This document shows positions 56,882-64,000 of a stretch of 64,000 nt of DNA, one piece after another (position 1 is the first letter of the stretch; the number at the start of each line of letters is the position of its first letter). The notes under the pieces are model-generated. The model did no database searches. It saw only the letters and a program-made list of their open reading frames with translations, and was not told the origin of the DNA. The translations under genes were made by a program, and so were the position numbers. Source of the DNA: Candidatus Omnitrophota bacterium (lineage in GTDB: Bacteria > Omnitrophota > Gorgyraeia > 1-14-0-20-64-10); NCBI GenBank assembly GCA_016177405.1, contig JACOVG010000024.1:71079-135078 (forward strand), read 5' to 3'.

Positions 56882-57543
56882 CCCCGCGAAGGTTCGACCG
56901 CATCCTGTCGGAGCTTCGGGAGCATGTGCCCTACACCATCTTCGCGGCCCTGATGGGGGTGGCGGCCCTGGGAGCGGTGACCCTGGCCGCCAATCTCACC
57001 CAGCGCGAGGCGCTCCTGCCGCGGGCGTCGCTTTCCCTCTTTCACTCCTTTCACTTTCTCCACCTCTTTTTCTCCGCCATAGCGACCACCGCGATGTTCT
57101 GGAGGCATGAGCGCCGGGTGGCGAAGGCGGTCGGGGTCGGTTTCTTCGGAACGGTGATCCCCTGCAGCACCAGCGATATCCTCTTCCCCTGGATAGGCGG
57201 CCGGTGGATGGGGGCCGACACCACCCTGCATGTCTGCCTTGCCGAGCACCCCCTTTTGGTGCTGACCTTTGTTCTGGGGGGGATCCTCGTGGGGTTCGCG
57301 CTGCCTCCGATCACGCGCTCGACCCTCTTTTCCCATGGGGCCCATGTTCTCCTGTCCAGCATGGCCTCGATGCTGTATCTGGTTTCCTTTGGGATCGCCG
57401 ACTGGCTTAAGATGCTGGCCCTGGTTTTTCTGCTCTTGCTGGCTTCGGTCATGATTCCCTGCTGCACCAGCGACATCATCCTGCCGCTTTTATTCACCGA
57501 GTACGAAACATCCGAAGACCGTGCCCGTCATTGCGCCGTTTAA
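56878..57543 (+). CDS. hypothetical integral membrane protein with a duplicated IPC(S/C)TSDI motif
   Basis: 221 aa, ~6 TM. Internal repeat VIPCSTSDILFPW / MIPCCTSDIILPL. Translationally coupled to the upstream zinc-ribbon gene. Confidence 0.45.
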   Translation: MTPRRFDRILSELREHVPYTIFAALMGVAALGAVTLAANLTQREALLPRASLSLFHSFHFLHLFFSAIATTAMFWRHERRVAKAVGVGFFGTVIPCSTSDILFPWIGGRWMGADTTLHVCLAEHPLLVLTFVLGGILVGFALPPITRSTLFSHGAHVLLSSMASMLYLVSFGIADWLKMLALVFLLLLASVMIPCCTSDIILPLLFTEYETSEDRARHCAV

Positions 57544-58762
57544 GGGATTAAGGTACGAGCTCTCCCGCGTGGGGAGCCTGGCGAAGGTGGTGACCCCTCC
57601 CTACGACATCATCTCGCCCGAGGGCCAGCGGAGGCTCTACCGCCTTCATGCGCACAACTTCGTCCGGGTGGTTTTCGGCCGGGGTTACGCGCGGGATCAC
57701 TCCCAGAACAACCGCTACGCGCGGGCCCGCCAGACACTCCAGCGCTGGGTGGACCAGGGGATCTTGAAGGAGGATTCCGCCGCCAGCGTCTATCCCTATC
57801 TTCAGGAGTATCGCCTGGGGGGCAAGACCCATCGGCGGTGGGGAATGATCGCCCTGGTGCGATTGGATTCTCCGGGCATCTACCCGCACGAGAGGACGCG
57901 GCGGGCGCCCAAGCAGGACCGGATCCGTCTGCTGGCCGCGGCGCGCGCCTCCTTGAGCCCGATCTTCGGATTGATCCCTGACCGGAGGAAGGCTTACGGG
58001 AGAATGATCCGTCAAGCTTGCCGGAGCCAAGCCCCTGTGGGCACGGCCCGGCTGGACGGGGTGCGGCACGTCCTTTGGAGGGTTTCCGACCCGCGCCGGA
58101 TTTCCGAGCTTAAGAATTTCTTGAAATCGAAGGATCTTGTGATCGCGGATGGCCACCACCGCTTCGAGGCCGCCCTGCATTACCAGAGGCGCCGGGCCCG
58201 GCATGACCGAAGCTCCGGACCGCCGGCCCCCTACCGCTACGCCATGTTTTATTTGGCCTCGGCGGGCTCGGAAGAGCCGGGCCTCCTGCCGACCCACCGG
58301 CTGATGATCCGGGCGGGGCGGAAAAGGATCGCCCGGCTCCTGGACGATTTGAAGAGCCATGGACAGGTCCAGGCGGGGCTGTCTGTGGAAGGGCTTTCCT
58401 CCAGGCTCGCCCATTCGGCGCGCCGGGGCAAGGTGGCGATCGGGTTGTGGGCGTCCCAGGGCCGGCGGGGCTATCTTCTGACGCCCAACTCCTCTCTTCC
58501 GGCCTCCTCCTTGGATGTGGAGTGGCTGCACCACCAAATTCTGCCCCGGTGGATGGGAGCAAGAAGCGAGCCGGTCTTCACCCAGGATCTTCAGGCGGCC
58601 CTGCGCCGGGTTCGGAGGATGCCCGCGTCGGCCCTGTTTGTGATGCAGCCCCCCCGGCTGAACCAGGTTTTCTCCCGGGCGAGGGAAGGCCGGAGGATGC
58701 CGGGGAAAACCACCTACTTCTATCCCAAGCCGCTGGCCGGCCTGGTGGAGTACAAATTTTAG
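57521..58762 (+). CDS. DUF1015-family protein
   Basis: N-terminal PFKGLRY...VVTPPYDIIS is the DUF1015 signature. Length 413 aa. Confidence 0.55.
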   Translation: MPVIAPFKGLRYELSRVGSLAKVVTPPYDIISPEGQRRLYRLHAHNFVRVVFGRGYARDHSQNNRYARARQTLQRWVDQGILKEDSAASVYPYLQEYRLGGKTHRRWGMIALVRLDSPGIYPHERTRRAPKQDRIRLLAAARASLSPIFGLIPDRRKAYGRMIRQACRSQAPVGTARLDGVRHVLWRVSDPRRISELKNFLKSKDLVIADGHHRFEAALHYQRRRARHDRSSGPPAPYRYAMFYLASAGSEEPGLLPTHRLMIRAGRKRIARLLDDLKSHGQVQAGLSVEGLSSRLAHSARRGKVAIGLWASQGRRGYLLTPNSSLPASSLDVEWLHHQILPRWMGARSEPVFTQDLQAALRRVRRMPASALFVMQPPRLNQVFSRAREGRRMPGKTTYFYPKPLAGLVEYKF

Positions 58763-58765
58763 CCC

Positions 58766-59608
58766 ATGGCCCTCTTTGGAAAGCCCAAGTACACCGTGGT
58801 CCGGGTCAAGAAGCGGGAGATGCCGGAGGGGCTCTGGACCAAGTGCGAGGATTGCTCCGAGATTATCTACAACAAGGTCTTGGAGGAGAACCTGAAGGTT
58901 TGCCCCAAGTGCCAGTACCATTTCACCCTGGGGGCGCACGAGAGGATTCAGCAGATCGTTGACAGCGGCACCTTTCAGGAGTTTGATGCCCAGCTGCGCT
59001 CCGTGGACCCGCTGGAGTTCAAGGGGCCCAAGACCTACCGGCAGAAGCTTCAGCTCGATCAGGCCGCGACCGGTTTGTCCGAGGCGGCCGTGATGGGGGA
59101 GGGAAAGATTGACGGACGGCGCTCGGTGGTGGGGGTGACCGACTCCCGGTTCATCATGGGCTCCATGGGTTCGGTGGTGGGCGAGAAGGTGACCCGCGCC
59201 ATCGAGCGCGCGATGCGCGGCAAGATCCCCCTGGTGATCGTCTCGGGCTCGGGGGGCGGGGCCCGCATGTACGAGGGGATGTTCTCCCTGATGCAGATGT
59301 CGAAGACCTCGGTGGCCCTGGCCGGTCTTCACGAGGCCGGGGTGCCGTTTGTCTCGGTCTTGACCGATCCCACCATGGCCGGCGTCATGGCGAGCTACGC
59401 CTCGCTGGGCGATGTGATCATGGCAGAGCCCCGCGCCCTGATCGGCTTCACCGGCCCGCGGGTGATTGAGCAGACGATCCGGCAGCGTTTGCCGGAAGGG
59501 TTCCAGCGTTCGGAATTTCTCCTGGAGCACGGCCTCATCGATCAGGTGGTTCACCGCAAGCAGCTTAAAAGCACCTTGAGCTTGCTCTTTTCGTATCTCA
59601 CGCCTTAG
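58766..59608 (+). CDS. accD: acetyl-CoA carboxylase carboxyltransferase subunit beta
   Basis: N-terminal CxxC-x15-CxxC zinc finger (CEDCSEIIY...CPKCQYH). CoA-carboxyltransferase domain with GGGARM. Confidence 0.85.
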   Translation: MALFGKPKYTVVRVKKREMPEGLWTKCEDCSEIIYNKVLEENLKVCPKCQYHFTLGAHERIQQIVDSGTFQEFDAQLRSVDPLEFKGPKTYRQKLQLDQAATGLSEAAVMGEGKIDGRRSVVGVTDSRFIMGSMGSVVGEKVTRAIERAMRGKIPLVIVSGSGGGARMYEGMFSLMQMSKTSVALAGLHEAGVPFVSVLTDPTMAGVMASYASLGDVIMAEPRALIGFTGPRVIEQTIRQRLPEGFQRSEFLLEHGLIDQVVHRKQLKSTLSLLFSYLTP

Positions 59609-59626
59609 TCAAAAGCGGGGGAGCTT

Positions 59627-60733
<1,107 letters not shown>

Positions 60734-60737
60734 GCTT

Positions 60738-62066
60738 TTGCTGCATCCGGCGTGGCCCTGGCTCATCCAGGCGGCTTTTCCCCTCGTCACGGCGGCGTGG
60801 CTCGGCGCGGATCGTCCGTTTTTGGCGCTGGGGCTGGCGGTGGTTTTTTCCCTCTCGTTCCTCCTCGTTTCCCTCTCCAGCCAGAATCTTTCCTTGGCGT
60901 GGGTTGCCCTGGAGCTGATGGCTCTGGCTTTCATCCTTCGCTCGGGGTGCGCCTTCTGGCGCAAGCGGCTGCGCCATGAAGAGCTTCAGGCCGACCACTT
61001 GGAGGAGGAGGTGCACACCCTGGAGGGGGAGTTGGCTCGCCTGAAGGATCACGAGAGCGGTTTGGAGGTTCGCTCGAGGCGCTACCTCCTTTTGAGGAGG
61101 GCGGCCAACACCCTGGGCTCCGTCCTCGCCCTGGAGGATCTCCTGGCCGCGATCGGTGAGGAGCTTGGAAACTTGATCCAGGGGGCGGATCGTGTCTTGG
61201 TGTATCTGATGGAGCCGGAAAACCTGACCCTGGAGCTCAAGTCGGTTTGGCAGCGGGGCGAGCGCGTGACGATCAAGGCCAAAACCGGAGACCCCTTCGA
61301 TGGGTGGGTGATGCGGCAGGCGCAGCCCCTGTTGGTGGAGGAGCCCTCCTCGGATTTTCGATTCCCCCGCGATGTGGCCCGGCAGGTGGGCCGCCCGCTG
61401 GGGGCCCTCATGAGCGTTCCCCTGATGACGAGCCAGCGCGTGACGGGCGTTCTCCGGGTGGAGTCGGACACGACGCGGGGGCTGTCCTCCGATGATCTTC
61501 GCCTGTGCCACATCGTGGCGGATTTGGCCACCCTGGGGATTGAGAACAGCCGGCTCTACCAACGGACGGCGCAACTGGCTGCCACGGACGACCTGACCCG
61601 ATTGGCCCTGCGAAAGGTTTTTGAGGAACGGTTGGATCGGGCGCTTCAGGAATCCTCCCCGGGGAATCGGCCGGTTTCGGTTCTGATGATCGACATCGAT
61701 CACTTCAAGGCCTACAACGATTCCTTTGGCCACACCGCCGGCGACAAGCTGCTGAAGCGTTTGGGGGAGATGGTGTCGGCGGCGGCCCGCGCGCGGGATC
61801 TGGCGGCCCGCTACGGCGGCGAGGAATTCGTCCTGCTGCTGGCCGGATGCTCCGGCCAGGAGGCCGCCCAGCGGGCTGAAGCGCTGCGCTCCCGCGTGGA
61901 GGCCGTCGAGCTTACGATGAGGCGCGTTCAAACCAAGACCACCGTTTCCATCGGTGTGGCGACCTCGCCGCAGGATGGAACCACGCCGGAGCTTCTGATG
62001 CGGCGGGCGGACGAGAGGCTCTACAGGGCCAAGGCTTCCGGGAGGAATCAGGTATGCGCGGGGTAA
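60738..62066 (+). CDS. membrane-anchored GAF-GGDEF diguanylate cyclase
   Basis: N-terminal TM helices, a GAF-like region, RYGGEEFVLLL GG(D/E)EF motif with an intact I-site-like RxxD. Confidence 0.75.
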   Translation: MLHPAWPWLIQAAFPLVTAAWLGADRPFLALGLAVVFSLSFLLVSLSSQNLSLAWVALELMALAFILRSGCAFWRKRLRHEELQADHLEEEVHTLEGELARLKDHESGLEVRSRRYLLLRRAANTLGSVLALEDLLAAIGEELGNLIQGADRVLVYLMEPENLTLELKSVWQRGERVTIKAKTGDPFDGWVMRQAQPLLVEEPSSDFRFPRDVARQVGRPLGALMSVPLMTSQRVTGVLRVESDTTRGLSSDDLRLCHIVADLATLGIENSRLYQRTAQLAATDDLTRLALRKVFEERLDRALQESSPGNRPVSVLMIDIDHFKAYNDSFGHTAGDKLLKRLGEMVSAAARARDLAARYGGEEFVLLLAGCSGQEAAQRAEALRSRVEAVELTMRRVQTKTTVSIGVATSPQDGTTPELLMRRADERLYRAKASGRNQVCAG

Positions 62067-63256
62067 GATTTCTTCTCCCGGCGGCCTGGCTCTTGATGCT
62101 GGGGGCCGTCTTTTTGGCTCCGGAAAAGTCCGGGCCCTGGCTTTTGGCTCTGGTTTTGCCGATGGCCGGGGCCGCCTTCTTCCTTCCCCCGCGCCTGCTG
62201 TGGCTTCTGGCGGCGGCGAGCTCCCTTTCGAGCCTTTACCTGATAAGAGTGGAGCCCCTGCGGGAATGGCTGCCCGCGGCCTGGGTGGCTTACGCGATGG
62301 TCCCTTTTTTTCTTTGGAGGAAAGCGCGCCGGACGGAGGGCGCGCTCGCGGCCTGCGCCAAGCGCCAGAGGCAGCTGTCGGAGTCCAGGGAGCTTCTGCT
62401 TGGCAAGAAGCGGAAGTGGACTTCCACCGCGCGCGGCCAAGAGGAAGGCATCTCGACGATCGTTGAGCTGTACGGGATCTCCAAGAGATTCCTGGCCACC
62501 CTCGACCTGGAGGAGGCGATCCGGATTGCCGAGGAGGTCCTGAAGGCCGAAGGGGCTCATCTGGCCCCGAGCCGGCGCCAGGAGTGTCTGTCGGTTTTGC
62601 GGGAGGATCTGGAGAAGGGGAGGCTTTCGCTTGAGGCGTTGTCCTCTTTGCCGGGGCCCGCGGAGCCGCCGGGGGCGGAGCGTTTTGACATCCTGAAGGG
62701 CCAGCTGGCCATGGGGTTGAGGCGGGTCGGTCTGTATCAGCGGGTTCAGGAATCGGCCACCCACGATTCCCTGACCGGCCTTTGGGTGAGGCGCCATTTC
62801 CTGGAACGGCTGGCCGAAGAGATCGATCGGTCCAGCCGCCGCGAATTGAAGCTCGCCTTTCTCATGGTGGATTTGGATTTCTTCAAGAGGGTGAACGACA
62901 CCTACGGGCATCTGGTCGGGGACGTGGTCTTAAAGGAGGCGGCGCTGCGCCTGCGCCGCTCGGTCCGGGAGATTGATCTGGTGGCGCGCTACGGCGGCGA
63001 GGAATTCGCCCTCGCGCTGCCGGAGGCCAACCGCCTGCTGGGCGTCCAGGTTGCCGAGCGAATCCGGCAGACGATGAGCCAAACGAACGTCCGGGCCTAC
63101 GATGAGCTGATTGGGATGACCGTTTCGGTGGGGGTGGCCATCTTTCCCGATGACGCCCGGACCGTGGAGGATCTGATCGAAGCGGCCGACCAGGCGATGT
63201 ATCGGGCGAAGGCCCTGGGCCGGAATCGAACCGTGGCGGGAGTCAGTCAACTATGA
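62054..63256 (+). CDS. membrane-anchored GGDEF diguanylate cyclase
   Basis: 4 TM N-terminus. RYGGEEFALAL active site. Overlaps the upstream cyclase gene by 13 nt. Confidence 0.75.
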   Translation: MRGVRFLLPAAWLLMLGAVFLAPEKSGPWLLALVLPMAGAAFFLPPRLLWLLAAASSLSSLYLIRVEPLREWLPAAWVAYAMVPFFLWRKARRTEGALAACAKRQRQLSESRELLLGKKRKWTSTARGQEEGISTIVELYGISKRFLATLDLEEAIRIAEEVLKAEGAHLAPSRRQECLSVLREDLEKGRLSLEALSSLPGPAEPPGAERFDILKGQLAMGLRRVGLYQRVQESATHDSLTGLWVRRHFLERLAEEIDRSSRRELKLAFLMVDLDFFKRVNDTYGHLVGDVVLKEAALRLRRSVREIDLVARYGGEEFALALPEANRLLGVQVAERIRQTMSQTNVRAYDELIGMTVSVGVAIFPDDARTVEDLIEAADQAMYRAKALGRNRTVAGVSQL

Positions 63257-63271
63257 TACATTGCGAAAATC

Positions 63272-64000
63272 ATGCGCACCGTAGCCCGTAGGGCGGTTTT
63301 TGTCGGCGTGGACATCGGGGGCACCTTTCTCAAGGCGGGTCTGGTCCGGGGAAGCCGTCTGCTGCGGGAGGTTTCGATCCCCACGGGGCGCGCGGCCACT
63401 CCCGCGGGAACGGAGTTTTTGGTTTCGGAGGCCTTGGGGCGTTTGGGGGTTTCTTCCGGCGGCGGCGCGGCCGCCGTGGGGGTGGGAATTCCGGGGCTCG
63501 TGCGTTTTCCCGCCGGGGTGGTCGTTTCCTGCGTGAACCTGCCGGGCTGGAAGGAGGTTCCGCTTAAGAAGCGTCTTTCCAGGAGGCTGGGCCTGCCGGT
63601 TTTTGTGGACAACGATGTCAACGTGATGACCCTGGCCGAATGGCGTTATGGCGCCGGCAAGGGGGCGAAAAATCTCGTGGGCGTCACCCTGGGGACCGGC
63701 GTCGGAGGGGGCCTGGTGATCGATGGGAGGTTTTACCGGGGCAGCGGAGGAAGCGCCGGAGAGATCGGGCATCTTCCGCTGGCCGCGGAAGGCCCCGCCT
63801 GCCCGTGCGGGGGCCGCGCTTGCCTGGAGCAGACGGTTGGAAACAAGCAGATTCTGGGCTGGGTCAAGGGTGAGCTGAAGAAGAATCGGCGAAGCAGGAT
63901 CTGGACCCTCATTGGGGATCACCTTGAGGCGCTCACCCCGGAGGTGATCGACCGGGCCTGCCGGGAGGGCGACCCCCTGGCGCGAAAGGCTTGGAGACGC
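63272..64000 (+). CDS. ROK-family sugar kinase (glucokinase-like), C-terminally truncated by the window
   Basis: VGVDIGGT ATP-binding start. The CPCGGRACLE zinc motif lies at ~63800. The frame is still open at the window end. Confidence 0.7.
   Translation, partial: MRTVARRAVFVGVDIGGTFLKAGLVRGSRLLREVSIPTGRAATPAGTEFLVSEALGRLGVSSGGGAAAVGVGIPGLVRFPAGVVVSCVNLPGWKEVPLKKRLSRRLGLPVFVDNDVNVMTLAEWRYGAGKGAKNLVGVTLGTGVGGGLVIDGRFYRGSGGSAGEIGHLPLAAEGPACPCGGRACLEQTVGNKQILGWVKGELKKNRRSRIWTLIGDHLEALTPEVIDRACREGDPLARKAWRR

Noticed and set aside
57548-59554. 668-aa minus-strand ORF antisense to the DUF1015 and accD genes
   Set aside because: Overlaps two well-supported + strand genes. No recognisable motifs.

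Overview
This is a high-GC (~62-66%) bacterial chromosomal window. Almost all real genes are on the + strand; most long minus-strand ORFs in the track are antisense artefacts of the GC-rich sequence. Housekeeping content:
- queD (partial) and queC, arranged divergently.
- A sdhCDAB succinate dehydrogenase operon.
- A 2Fe-2S-ferredoxin/HAD fusion ORF.
- An NRAMP-like transporter.
- A futalosine-pathway MqnA/D gene, SDRs, a NUDIX hydrolase, an IMPase, trxB, and glpK-glpD.
- A redox block: a 2Fe-2S Trx-like ferredoxin, a fused nuoBCD gene, then nuoI, nuoA, nuoH in a non-canonical order. Immediately downstream are a Rieske ferredoxin, a 7Fe ferredoxin, a siroheme nitrite/sulfite reductase, a ThiO-like FAD oxidase and a 2-oxoacid:ferredoxin oxidoreductase (korAB).
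- Hemerythrin, bluB, miaB, a SPOR protein, miaA and hflX.
- A CIRCE-controlled hrcA-grpE-dnaK-dnaJ operon.
- accD, an ABC ATPase, two tandem GGDEF cyclases and a ROK kinase (partial).
Standing out from this background:
(1) A 10.26-kb single ORF (18705..28964) encodes a 3419-aa secreted multidomain protein. It carries an HExxH motif, a PfkB-type kinase-like domain, a class-I SAM-methyltransferase-like domain and PBS-lyase/HEAT repeats. It is punctuated nine times by a '[P/A]AGLEE' motif, often with a near-identical underlying 18-mer, and shows a mosaic GC composition.
(2) A second Tat-secreted HExxH protein (6702..9005) shares the same bipartite N-terminal leader architecture and the GLEE motifs.
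(3) A family of REP-like palindromic hairpin elements (GTCATCC...GGATGAC) occurs in intergenic spaces and, in two cases, in-frame inside coding sequence.
(4) A 280-bp element with perfect 19-bp inverted termini sits downstream of dnaJ.
(5) A low-GC island (45551..47410) holds hypothetical genes.
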